From NCBI RefSeq assembly GCF_009914755.1, contig NC_060947.1: a stretch of 64,000 nucleotides of DNA; one strand, 5' to 3'. The position numbers were made by a program, and so were the translations under genes. Each line of letters starts with the position of its first letter. The first letter of the stretch is position 1. The DNA comes from the human T2T-CHM13v2.0 reference genome, Homo sapiens. Positions 1-19,055 of the stretch are shown one piece after another. The notes under the pieces are model-generated. The model had not been told where the DNA came from. It searched no databases and was given only the letters and a program-made list of their open reading frames with translations.

Positions 1-2745
<2,745 letters not shown>

Positions 2746-2803
2746 TGGTCTCATCCTTCTTTTCCCCCCACGCCGTCCTGGCGCCTGTGGACCTTCATCA
2801 ACG

Positions 2804-3095
2804 TTTTTTTTTTTTTTTTTGAGACGGAGTCTCGCTTTGTTGCCCAGGTTGGGGTGCAGTGTTGCGAGGCTCACTGCAACCTCCGCCTCCTGGGTTCAAG
2901 GGATTCTCCTGCCTCAGCCTCTTGAGTAGCTGAAATTATAGGCAGGCGCCACCACACCCGGCTAATTTTTGTATTTTTAGTACAGACGAGGTTTCACCAT
3001 GTTGGCCAGTCCAGTCTCGAACTCCTGACCTCAGGTGATCCGCCCGCCTCAGCCTCCTAAAGTGCTGGGATTACAAGCGTGAGCCACCGCCCGGC
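2804..3095 (-). mobile_element. AluS (Sx-like), absent from the inverted paralog
   Basis: Full Alu with TSD catcaacgt/catcaatgt; empty site at about 15095. Confidence 0.92.
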
Positions 3096-3856
3096 CCATC
3101 AATGTATTCTTTCATTAGGGACTGCGTTCAGCCTCACTGGAGAACATTGGGAGGCGAGATAACGCAGAATAAAGAAAACGAATCTTAGCCACCGTCCCAT
3201 CACGCAGCGGTGGCCATTCATTATGCTTTGTGATATTTCCTTAAGAAGGTTTTTCAACCATAAAGGTGCATTTTCCACATACTGAGATTCCTACTTCCGT
3301 CGCGACTTCAACATCCTTCTTTTTAACTCGGTTTCACATTTTTGAAAAATTCTTTTTGTAACTTTAATGGTTTTGATTGAAATAATAATGCAAACGTTTT
3401 CTGGAACGTTGAAAGTTCCTGTAAAACTTGAGTGCACAATTCATTAACTCGATATCCAAAGACAGCCGTCACTGTGTTATGAGGGTAGGAGCTGTGGTAT
3501 GTGTGTGTTCCAGTCTTTTGTCCTCAGCACCTGGAAGACTACTTAGAATTTACTAGGTGCCTAATAAACATTGTGAATTAAACTGATATTTACATTTCCA
3601 GTCAATTTTCCTTATATATGCAGAGTTAATCTTTTCATAACCCTGGATTATAATATAGCACCGGTTTTCTACATGATTTTTTCGTTTCACATTTTGTAGT
3701 GAGCATTTGCCTTTGTCGTTAACATTTCTTAAATGTTTGTCTTGCATCGGTCAGGTCAATTCACTTACAAAAGATAATTTTACTTGTTTATGATATTCAG
3801 GAAAGAATTCAGGGCTTTGCATGTAAAACACTCTCCATAATTCCATAAAAATCTCA

Positions 3857-4170
<314 letters not shown>

Positions 4171-5273
4171 CTAAGTTGTAGCCTAGAATTGCCTTGATAG
4201 AGACGGATCTTTTATTCTGTGTTTTAATCAGCTTTCAATATATTGGCTGTCTTCCACAGGACACTGCCCTAGATCAAGACAATTCACAGAACTGAGATTC
4301 TGGATGGCATGCTAAGGTTATCTGGCCCAGTGGTAAGAAGCTACAGTCAGCTTAGCTTGCTGCATTGATATAGTCATGTAATGACGTACTGGGGGCATAA
4401 AGAAAAATGCACTAAATATGAACTTAGGGGCCTAATTCCCAACGTGTCATTGGAGTCAGGGACACCATCACTTGACTGGAAGCACCATATGTGAGCCAAG
4501 GCTCATCTGACTGCAGTGGTCTTTCTCCATGTCTAGCTAATACTTGTGAAGCTGCTTTAGGCATGCCTCAAATAACTGAAAAAAATCACATACTTCTTTC
4601 CAAAAAGGGGGAGGGGGCTCACCGTAAACAGTACTGTACACAAATAATCGGAGTTAATTTATGCAGACAGCTTCTTTACCCTAAAGCTGCGGTTTGATTT
4701 GGACAAGAAGTTCTTCACTAATATTCACTTCCTCTCACAGGGCCTCATGCAGGGCCTTGGGCCAGGCCTCAAGAGAAGTCCCTTTCTATTAATAGTTCCT
4801 GCCCTGCCAGCCTTACCTATTTGACTGAGTCACTTTGCTTCTCTGGGCTTGCAGCAGCATCCAGGGAGGGGTGTGGTGAGAGTGCCCCTGTTCCCAGCCC
4901 AACAGCTCCTCTTTTTTCTCTTATGCATTGGATTTTTTTTTCAAGAAACATGCTTTTACTTTAACAAAAACTGAAATCCACTGGCTGGTCTACGTGATTT
5001 CTAAGATTTCCTATGTGCTTAGTCACCCACAGATGAAGGAAGATTGGACAGCAATGAAGTTATGAAAATGAGTAAGTACAGCTATCCATAGGAGTAGCGG
5101 CTACTACCAAGCAATCGCTCTGCTTAGGTCTCCAGCACTGTCAAGTTACTCTACTGGCCCTTGGCTTAATCAAGACTATTTGAAGATAAACTTTTATCTT
5201 TTGTTAAAGCTAATATATTTTTGCTGCCTCATTAAATAGATTAGCCTGTTTCCTAACTAAATAGTTATATAAG

Positions 5274-5625
<352 letters not shown>

Positions 5626-6230
5626 CTAAACTCTATAGAAATTTCAGTCCTTTTTTTCAATTTAGTGAGTTTTTCAATATCTTTTCCAAACAGCAAAACA
5701 CAGTTTTTCCTATATTTGTTTCCCAGTGGCATCTTAGGTTGTATTATTTTGGCACAGACACCCTTCGTTTGTATTTTAAAGATGTAGGGACCCCGTCTCT
5801 ACAAAAAATTTTTTTAAAATTAGCCAGGTGTGGTTCCAGCTACTCGAGGCTGAAGTGGCAGGATTGCTTGAGCCCAGTAGTTTAAGGCTACAGTGAGCTG
5901 TGATCACACCATGGCACTCCAGCTTGGGCAACAGAGTGAGACCTTGTCTCGAAAAAAAGGATGTAAAGAAAGTCTTTACTCTCCCTAAAATTATGATTCC
6001 AGAGACTGTATTCTTATCTATTTCAAATCATGTGGATAAGATTTATTGAGCATATACTATGTGTTGGGTACTATACTGAGTCCTTTACATGTACTATTAG
6101 TCTCATTGATCATAGAAACCTTTGGAGTTTGTTATTGGTTACTATAATTATTCCTGTTTAACAGATGAGAAAACTGCTACTTAAAGAGACATCAATGCTC
6201 AGGTGTGTGATGCTAAAGATGTTTGTATAA

Positions 6231-7228
<998 letters not shown>

Positions 7229-7379
7229 AATTATTTTTCCAGTCCCTCCTCTTAGACAAGATGAACTCCTTTCATTGCCAGCATATTCTTTTTTGGAGAG
7301 AAAACAAAATTATAAGGATATATCATATTCAGGAATTGAGCCAAGAAGGCCTCCATAATGGATCTGAGGAGCAGTTTGT

Positions 7380-8780
7380 TATTTGGTCTTCTGTTCCTTA
7401 GTCGTAACATGGGTCATCCATTTGGACAGGAGAGTGCTGCTGGTCTTAACTAGATGTGACTGGATAGACTTCATGAGGAGTATTCCTATGAGAATAAAAA
7501 GAAAAATTATCACTATATCTTGGAAAAGCAGTGCATCCCCAGGACTGTATCCCTGTTGGGAATATTCAAGGGAAAAGGTCATATTCTCAGCCACCCAATG
7601 ATAACCCAGAGGTCCCAGAGATCAGGACTAGGTGGCAATTCATCAAAAAGACATCAGAAAGGTGTTGGGGGATATATGTACAGCAGTCGTCATTGACAAC
7701 TGCACAAGTGCATCCATCTCCTAGATCTGCCCGGATGATGGCTAATGCCAGTTGATGATGGACAACAGCCTCTGGAGTTCTTGCATTTCTTGAGTGATTG
7801 TGTTAATATTTTTCGTGACATCACTGGTGACTTGGTTGGCTTCATGAATGAGAGCATGGAAAACTCAGGAATTGGGTTGAGCTTCTTCAGTAACCCACAG
7901 AGCTGGATTGCCAGAAAAGCCTGCAACCTGAGACCTGTCCCTGTTGGGGGCGAACACATCTAAAACCATTCCAAGTCTTTTAGCTTCTTCAGACAGTTCC
8001 TGTTGTTTTCCTGGAGAGAATGGCTGTTTTGCAGAGGGATGTTCTCACTCCTGACAATGGATTGTTCTGTCTAGGAGTGAGAGTTTTACTCTACTTCTGA
8101 AAAGGTGGTAAGTTGTCATAACTCTATGCAAATGTATAATCAGAAAGGGAGAAAGAGATGGGTAAGATAACATGACTATCAAATTGGCTGGTTAAAAAAA
8201 AAAAGGCAGTGAACCCACAACAAAGTATGAATTGCTTTGGTATTCTCCGGGGGGGAAAAAAACAATTGTCACAATTTATCATGTAACTTTCCTAGGTGCG
8301 GCTGGTGTTGGGGCTAAACCCAAGTTACCCACTGCCTTCATTTGGGCTAATAACCTGGCCAGTTTCCTTTGCAGTAGCTTAGGCTCACAAATTTATGATT
8401 ACAAACAAACACTTCCTTTGGATAAAAACAAGTTCATCTCCTTTGGTGCGTATCCTGGGTAGGGTGTGTTCCTTTTTTAGAGTCGTCAGAGGTCCAGTTT
8501 GTATGGGAATATGCCTCAAATGGCAGCCGTACTGGTGGAGAGATTTCTTCCAGGGTAGGAAATGGAGGAGTTGTAAAATACAATTGACAGGAAAAGGTGA
8601 GCAGAGCCAATAGGTGACATTAGCTTCATAAGCCTGAGCAAGAAAATGAGAAAGATTTGAGGTATTGAGTAAGGGCAGAGGAGAAAGGGAGAAGGAAATG
8701 GGGAGAACAAGGAGAGGAAACAGAAATAGCAGAGTGAGAATACAAGTTGGTAGCGATAGTATAATTTTTGGCTAACAGGA
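7380..8780 (-). pseudogene. Disrupted gamma-type retroviral env
   Basis: Hydrophobic signal-like region at about 8760-8660; ANVTYWLC (decayed CWLC) at 8624-8601; heptad VTKNINTITQEMQELQ; ISD-like HHQLALAIIRADLG; CAVVNDDCC (CX6CC) at 7706-7680; TM anchor DIVIIFLFILIGILLM in ORF 7379..7594. Stops and frameshifts are present. Confidence 0.85.
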
Positions 8781-9249
8781 AACACCTTACAAAGTTTCTT
8801 AATTATAATTTCAGTAAAATGAGTAAGTAGAGATTCCCCAGATAGGAAGTACAAATTCTAATGTTCTTAAAAGTCATAGTAAGAGCTGTTGCCTTAGAGC
8901 AAGGGAATTAAGGAAATTAAACGTTTTGTGATGCAGGGAGTTATATAAAGTCCATCTGTAAATCTTCAAAAGGTCCCTGGAGCTGTGGTTCCTGTCCATG
9001 TCCCACATTTACAGTTTGTCCAGGATTATAAAATATTGCAGGTGGAACATACCCTGGGGACATCATCTGCTACTCAAATAAAATTCCCCACCAGTGTTGG
9101 CCCAGAGGAGTTTTCAAGGTTTACTGTGATGGATCATAGCCTAGAAATTTTTCATCAAGCTCCAATTCAGACTGGAGAGGCCAAACAGCAGTCTTGGTAT
9201 CTCCATTGCCCATCTGATAGGAGGGAACATTGGGTTTCTTCCAATATCT

Positions 9250-9850
9250 TATTTTACTGTGGTAAAATATACATAACATAAAATTTACTATTTTAACCAT
9301 TTTTAAGTATACAGTTCAGTTCCATTGAATACATTCATATTGTTCTGCAGGCACCACCACCATCCATCTCCAGAACTCTTTTCATCTTGCAAAACTGAAA
9401 CTCTGTCCACACTGAACCATAGCTCCATATTCCCCCCTCCTTCCAGCCCCTGGCAACTACCATTCTACTCCCTGTCTCTATGAATGTGACTACTCTAAAT
9501 ACCTCATATAAGTGAAATTATATAATGTTTGTCTTTGTGACTGTCTTATTTCAGTTAGTATGTCTTCAAGGTTTTTTAATGTTGTAGCATGTGTCAGAAT
9601 GTCATTCCTTTTTTAAGGCTGAATAATACTCCATTGTATTTATATACCACATTTTGTGTATCTATTCATCTGTCAATGGACACTTGGGTTGCTTCCACAT
9701 TTTGGCTATTGAGAATAATGCTGCTATGAAAATGGGTGTACAAATATCTGGTCATGTCCCTGACTGCAGTTCTTTTGGGTATATACCAAGAACTGGGATT
9801 GCTGGATTATATGGTAATTCTATGTTTAATTTTTTGAGGAACTGCCATTC
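9250..9850 (-). mobile_element. L1MB-type (L1MB2/3-like) 3' end inserted in ERV pol
   Basis: Matches the recalled L1MB 3' consensus (ggtaaaatatacataacataaaatttac...aaaactgaaactctgt...ggacacttgggttgcttccac). ERV pol-like frame resumes on both sides. Confidence 0.85.
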
Positions 9851-9885
9851 TCCCTTATCTCTTTTATAGAATCGAATGCTTGTGA

Positions 9886-11625
<1,740 letters not shown>

Positions 11626-12456
11626 AAGTGGTCTGGAGGAACCAGACCATCATTAGTTTGCTGAATATGAATGAGAGCGAATTGTTTAGCATACCAGTCA
11701 AGGACTTTCCTTTTGTTTCACAGGTTTATTTCCCAGTAGGAGCTTTGACCACACTTACAGCCAATTCCTGGAGCAAGGTTTCTAGTAAAGCTCGACCTTG
11801 TCACCATACTTAATATAAGTACCAGCAGCAGGTAGGAAACCCTATTGTTTCCGTAGAATACCAAAATTATAAACCACAGCATCGGCACACATGCTTGTCT
11901 AGCTGTGTTGTATTTGTAGAGGCCCTTGTGTTTCCCTTAGGTGAAGTTGAGGGCCATAAGACTGTGCATGCAGTTTTCTCCTCATTTATCATACTTTCTT
12001 CAAAATACTGAGCTAAGTGTTGTAACTCATGGATGGGTATGACTTGCCCACCTATTTTCTGCTTCTGAACAGCAGCTGATATTTCAGGCTTAGGGCCATT
12101 AACAAAAAAGGTGGAGAACTCCCTGGCGGCATCAGCATTAATGCCCAACCTCTAGCATTCCTGATAGTAGTATCTAATTGGTCTCTATAGTTAGAGACAG
12201 ATTCATCCTACCTTTGTCAACAGGATTGGATTGTTCTCTAGTAATTGTGAGGGGGTAAACTTCAGGGATAGCCTTTAAAAGACACTATCCTATTTCTGGG
12301 GCTTCTACATATGCAGAGCAGGTGTTATTTCTAGGAGCGTTACCTAAATCCTCATTTATGGTGGCCTTGTCAAACCAGGCTCAGGGATCTCCTGGTCTTA
12401 CTGAAAGGTGTGCTAAATGATACAGGTCAAGGAGCTCAGGCAGATCAAGGAGCTCA

Positions 12457-12985
<529 letters not shown>

Positions 12986-13025
12986 TTACTACATGCACTC
13001 TAAAAAAAATCTGGCTTAAAAATCC

Positions 13026-13330
13026 GGTTGGGCGCCATGGCTCACGCCTGTAATCCTAACACTTTGGGAGGTTGAGGCAGGTGGATCGTTTGACGCCAGA
13101 AGTTCGAGACCAGCCTGGTCAACATTGTGAAACCCTGTCTCTATTAAAAAGACAAAAATCAGCCAGGCGTGGTGGCCCATGCCTGTAATCCCAGCTACTC
13201 AGGAGGGTGAGGCACAAGAATCGCTTGAACCTGGGAGGCAGAGGTGCAGTGAGCCGAGATCGTGCCACTGCACTCCAGGCTGGGAGACAGAGCGAGACTC
13301 CGTCTCAAAAAAAAAAAAAAAAAAAAAAAA
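13026..13330 (+). mobile_element. AluS
   Basis: Full Alu with poly-A. Confidence 0.92.
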
Positions 13331-13740
13331 CTGTACCTACTACACACGTAATAGAAAATATTAGACACAACAACAGTAGTATGACATCTACAACCGCCAG
13401 GACCCAAGCCAAGAACCTGTTGGGCTGTTTATGATGAACACCACCCCCTGAAGGAGATGCTGTTACCACCCTTAATCTATACTTGTGGAAACAGGCACAC
13501 AGATGTGGAGTCAGTTGTCCCTGGTCTGTCAGACTCTATATTACACACTGGCTTGCAGAATGCTTTCCTGCCCCCAGTATAAGAATAAAAGACACACTGG
13601 GGAAGTGTGTAAAAGAGCCAGCAAAACTTTTTAAAAAATCATGGAAGTCACTGCTCACAGAAATAGTGCAAAATGGAAAGAAAAAATAAACCATGAAGGA
13701 AATTGTTCAAAGAGTAGGATCTAAGTATTATGAAATGATC

Positions 13741-14042
13741 TTTTTTTTTTTTTTTTTGAGACAAGGCCCAGGTTGGAGTACAGTGGTACAATCAAGGCTC
13801 ACTGCAGCCTTGACCTCCTGGGCTCAAGCGACCCTCCCACTTCAGCCCCCTGTGGCTCCCAAAAGCTGAGACTATAGGTACACACCACCACAGCCTGCCA
13901 ATTTTATTGTTTATGTTTTGTAGAGACAGGATCTCACTATGTTGCCCAGGCTGGCCTCCAACTTGATCCTGGGATCAAGCAATCCTCCTGCCTTGGCCTC
14001 CCAAAGTGCTGGGATTACAGGCCTAAGCCATGACGCCTGGCC
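13741..14042 (-). mobile_element. AluJ
   Basis: Diverged Alu with J diagnostics (gcagccttgacctcctgggctcaagc). Confidence 0.88.
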
Positions 14043-14529
14043 TATTTTTTTTTTTACTCACCTGGAAGAAATTAGACACTTGTATTTGTATTCAACAAAT
14101 GTCTATATTGACAAGACAAAGCTAGGCACTGTTCTGGTAATGTGCTGAAAATACATTGGTGAGCAAAAACAAAGCAAAACAAATATAGTTTCTGTCCTTA
14201 TAATGATCACTTTCTGATATTAACCTTTGAAATAGGGAGTCAGGGGTTATTTCTGTTGTACAGCTTAATTGTTAATTTTTTTTTTGCTCTTCTATACTAC
14301 ATATTGTATTAGCAAAAGACATGAATAAAAAATTTTCGAGTCTTTTTGAAATAATTTGTGGGACACCTTAATGCTAAATAGAATAGTTTAAAAATTTTCG
14401 AAAGAAATGATGCAAACATCAATCTCAGTATGTTTAAAATGTACCTTTATAGATGGAAAACCGCTAAGGAAATAAAAAAATATGATTAGTGATGATGGCA
14501 TGTTGATGGAACTGTGGATAGTTTTCTTC

Positions 14530-16226
14530 ACTATATTTTATCTCTCAGTGCTATGAAAAGATTGTTTCTACACGTATAAAGAAAAATGACGGGAAATATA
14601 AATACTTTATTTCACAATGTTTATTAGGCACCCAGTAAATTCTAAGTGTCCTTGCAGGTACTGAGGACAAAAGACTGAAACACACACACACAGACCACAG
14701 CTCCTGCCCTCATAAGAGAACACGGTGACAGCTGTCTTTGGATCACGAGTTAATGAATTGTGCACTGGAGTTTTACAGGAACACAGAACATTCCAGAAAA
14801 CGTTTGCATTATTTCAATCAAAACGACGAAAATCACAAAAACCGTTTTTCAAAAATGTGAAACCGAGTTTTAAAATAAGGATGTTGAAGTCGTGACGCAA
14901 GTAGGAATGTCAGTATGTGGAAAATGCACCGTTATGGATGAAAAACCCTCTTAAGGAAGAAATTTCACAAAGCATAATGAATGGCCACCGCTGTGTGATA
15001 GGACGGTGGCTAAGATTCGTTTTCTTTATTCTGCGTTATTTCGCCTCGCATGTTCTCCAGCAAGGCTGAACGCCCTACCTAATGAAAGAATACAGTGATG
15101 AAGGCCAACGGATTCCAGGACGACGTGGGGGAAAGACCATTCAGAGCAGCAGAATAAGGGTTACTAAGGGACGCAGGCAGGTCCGCGGGAGACAGGCCGA
15201 TTTGAAAAGCAAAAAGGCTTTGTCCACCAGTGCTGAGTTTCAGCGAGGGACCCCCCCCCTCGCCCGCCAGAAGGTGGCAACTCAGGCTCCAGGACCAGCC
15301 GGTTCACACGCCAGGGAAGGAGGAAAAAAAAAAAACGACCTCTTCCATCGGAAAACGATGGGCAGCGTTTTTTCGCTCGCGAAGGGAGGGGCGGAAGGCG
15401 AGCAGGGCCACTCCACAGTGCAACACTGCCACCTGCCGGCGAAATAAACCGAAAGCCACCAACCACAGAGGAAATTCCATCTTCTCCACTACTTTTCGGC
15501 ACCAAGCCCTGAGAGATCCACTGGGGCAGGAAAGGAGAGCGACGAACAGAGAAGGGACTGGAACGGGCCGCGATGGCTCCGGCGAACAGGGAAGAGGGAC
15601 TCACCCCTGCACAAAAGCCTCCCCTAGTCCCGCCCTCGCAACCACAGCAACTGCGCAATAAGTTCCTGCGGCGCCAGACACCCCCACTAGTTCCGCCCTC
15701 GGAACCATAGCATCCGGACAGAAAGTTCCTGCGCCGCCGGAAATACGCAGTCCGGAGGGCGGGGCTGGCCTAGGATTGACGAGCTCTGGGCCTGCGCGTC
15801 GGAGCCCGGGGAGGTCGGCTCGTCTCATCGGGGTTCGCCGCAGGCTTCCTTCCCTGCGGTTAGGAGCTGACGGCTGAGGGACACGACTGCCCAGCCGCCC
15901 CGCGTTCGAGACCTGTGCCAGTCCCAGAGCCATTCTCCTCCCATCCAGCCAGCCTTTGAACACGCTTCCCACGTGGCACACCCCGTCTTCCCCGCAGCCC
16001 TTAATCCGCCGATCCTCCCTGGCGATCTCAGCGCCCCCAGGGGCTGACCAGGCCACCGCCAGAACCTCTCCGTCCTCACGGGTCTCCTCCTGCCCACCTA
16101 AGTCTCTTCTGCCAGCGGTCATGCCCTGGGCCTCAGGAAAGACCGCACCCCTCCACGATGTGAAGGAATGCACGGGCGTCATGCCTGTCTGAGCACTGAT
16201 GAGAAAAACCTTAACAAGCCTTACAA
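14530..16226. repeat. Diverged inner palindrome arm, right copy (no Alu insertions)
   Basis: Reverse complement aligns colinearly with 1013-3660 once the three Alus are removed. Confidence 0.93.
15110..16190 (-). promoter_or_regulatory. CpG-island promoter, inverted paralog of 1590-2430
   Basis: CpG-dense; two of the about 60-bp units at 15615-15745; strong minus-strand donor GGG|GTGAGT at 15605/15604. Confidence 0.7.
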
Positions 16227-17239
16227 ATTATTGTACCTTTCTCCATGACCAAGAGAGATTGCTTCTCTCTTTCACTGTCATCCTACCTCCATTGCTAACA
16301 TACCCCCCAACAATGCTAGGAACCCTCTTCCATTTCAGTGGCCTACCCTAAGGATTCATCGAGAAGACAGAAGCAATCCACTGGGAACTCTTAGGGCTTC
16401 CCAAGCCCGGTCTACCCGTGCCTGCCCTGGCATTCTCTGCCGCCCTTCTGCATACAGTGCTCCTAACTGAAGCCAGCTCCTCACCTCAGCTCAGGATCCC
16501 ATACCTCCCACCTTCTCAGGGGCTTTGCTCCTGCAATGATCCCTCCTCCCTTCAAAGTCATCAACTGCCCCCTCTACGTTGGAGCACTCCACAAGCAAAG
16601 GAGGAAAAACCCACCCTCTCCCCACATGTCCTTCAGCAGCTGCTGGCACAGAATGTGCTGCCCTTCAACAAAAACTGCCTGGAGTTCTGAGGCCACGGCC
16701 TCCTCAACTCCCTTCAATAGGGCTTTTGTCCCTAATCTGTATTTTGGGGTGGCTGAGGTGGGAGGATCTCTTGAAACCAGGATTTTGAGGCTGCAGTGAG
16801 CTATGATTGTGCCACTATAGTCCAGCCTTGGTGACAGAACGAGAGGGTGTCTCAAAAAAAAAAAAAAAAAAAAGAGAGAGAAACAAGAGGGAAAAATCTC
16901 CCCTTCTTCTTATAAGTAAGAAGCAGTAAACCTTTGGCTTACTGCTTTTTCCCTAGGCGTCCTTTCCTGGCTCTGGACACATTTTTTTGAATCCAAGCTC
17001 CATGGCTCAGGCCCTTGGAAACATATTCTACTGTTGTTCTGAACCAAGTACAAATTCCCAACTGTGACCTTCTTGACCTGGATATAACAGGGCAAGTCTG
17101 AGGTGAACATGAAAGACAAGCCAAAGAAGGTGTCCTGTTCTGGTCACAGGGGGTAGGAGGTCCCCAGAGGCAGTGACAGAGTCAGACATCTCAGAGGAGG
17201 AAGGTGTGACAAGGGAGTGGAGAGAAGCTTCGAGTAAAA
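16227..17239. repeat. Palindrome right arm, the part whose partner is inside the window
   Basis: Near-exact reverse complement of 1-1012. Extension of the arm to include FAM156A (with FAM156B on the other arm) is recalled and cannot be seen here. Confidence 0.97.
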
Positions 17240-18179
17240 GAGGGTTTTACCTCATGCAAATTTGGAGCTCGTTTTGCAGAATGGCCCAGTAGCCTCTTTG
17301 GGCAGAGGGATGTCTGGAGTTGAGGAATTTCACTTTGTAGAGCTGATCTTGGTTCCTGCTGTTTTGGGAGACCTCAGCGCTCTACATTCTCTGAGAGGGG
17401 AATGTGGAAGTGGCTGATTCAAAACCCAGCGGTGCTACCATGAAGCAAGCATAAGCCAGATAGGAGCTAGGAGACCCTGCAGCTGAGGCTGTGGAGTGGA
17501 CAGCACTGGTCAGGGGTCGGGGAGAGCATGAGGCCCTGACTCAGAAGGGTCGGCTAGATGCCAGCACAGGTGGGCTGAGGTCAAGTCAGCCAGGGAGCAC
17601 AAGGTCCTGATCAAGATGAGAGAGAGACAAAAATGCAAGTTACGCCAGCCTCACGCATGGGTGAGCAGGGCAGCGTCGACAGCAGGACCTGGGGACAAGA
17701 GTGAGCCTTCCCTCAGAACCCACCGAGGACACTGCAGCCAACATACAATGTCATAGGCCCCTTCCCACATCACCATGGAGACTCAAAAGCCATATATGCC
17801 CCTTCCCCATCTTGGACAAGAGTAGGGAGGTGGGGTGGCAATCCAAGAGACTGATCATTTTCGCCAAAACAGATTGAGCATTTATACAAATGGATCGGTT
17901 ACATGACAGCATCAGATGACACCAGATTAGACGAAAATCCAGTGCGTTTGTTTCCCCTTACTATCCAGTCCAGAGGGTGGACAAGCAAGACAAATGTCAA
18001 ATCAGTCAGAGAGAATAAATAAGCCAGCGTGCTTGTGGGGTGTGAGGGGCTTGAGTGAGTTTGTTGCTCTCTGCATACCATTCCCTGCGACTCCTCCTCT
18101 GCACACCGTCTTATCAGTCCACAGTAGCAAGGGAATGGGACGTACTTGTCTTCCCTACTGTAACCCAGGACAATTTTAA

Positions 18180-19055
18180 CCCCTCATAAGCAGACTCCCA
18201 AAACAGGACACAGAAAGAGCAAAGAATCTGACAGACACACAGAAGAGAGAAGCTGTCGTTCCCCTCCCCATGCAAGGCCAGGCTCTACTGTCCTTTATTA
18301 AGACAGACCCCATTTCCCAGGGCCTGAGCCATGGAGCTTGGAGTCAAAACATGTGTCGAGAGCCAGGAAAGGATGTCTAGAGAAAAAGCAGTAAGCCAAA
18401 GATTCTCATAAAAAGAAGGGTTTTTTTCCCCCTTCTTTTCTTTCTCTTTTTTTTTCTGTCACCTAGGATGGAGTACAGTAGCATGATTGTAGCTCACTGC
18501 AGCGTCAAACTCCTGGGCTCAAGAGATCCTCCCACCTCAACCACCCCAGTAGCTGGGAGTACAATCTTGCACGACCACAGCCGGCTAATGTTTTTATTCT
18601 TTGTAGAGATGAGGTCTCATTATGTTGCCCAGGCTGGTCTCAAACTCCTGGGCTCAAGCATCCTCCAGCCTCAGCCTCCCAAATGATTGGGATTACTGGT
18701 GTGTACCAGTGTGCATGGCTGCCACCTCTTCTTTAATCATCTGAGATGATATTAACTCCCCATAAATAGACCCTCCCCAAACAGAGCACAGAAAGAGGAG
18801 AAAACCAGACACACACAGAGAGTGGAGCAGCCAATGAGCGTGTCACCGAGGTGAGCAGGGCCTCCTTCAGGGCCATCATTGACATCCCCAGCCATGCCGG
18901 GCTCCAGTGTTCTTTATTAAGATAGACCCCACTTCCCAGGACCTGAGCCCTGGAGGGTGGAGTGAAACAATGTTTCTACAGACAGAGAATGACGCCTGGA
19001 GCAAATGCAGCAAGCCAAAATTTCTTATTAAAAGAAGGAGGGCTTTTTTCCTTCC
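18180..19055 (+). repeat. Diverged tandem duplication (about 18180-18430 and about 18760-19055) with an AluJ (18440-18722, minus strand) between the copies
   Basis: cataagcagactcccaaaacaggacacagaaagag vs cataaatagaccctccccaaacagagcacagaaagag; ctttattaagacagaccccatttcccagggcctgagcc vs ctttattaagatagaccccacttcccaggacctgagcc. Confidence 0.8.

Noticed and set aside
14380-15050. Weak direct similarity between about 14420-14540 and about 14905-15045
   Set aside because: Both resemble old L1M 3'-end sequence; I cannot separate local duplication from independent fragments.
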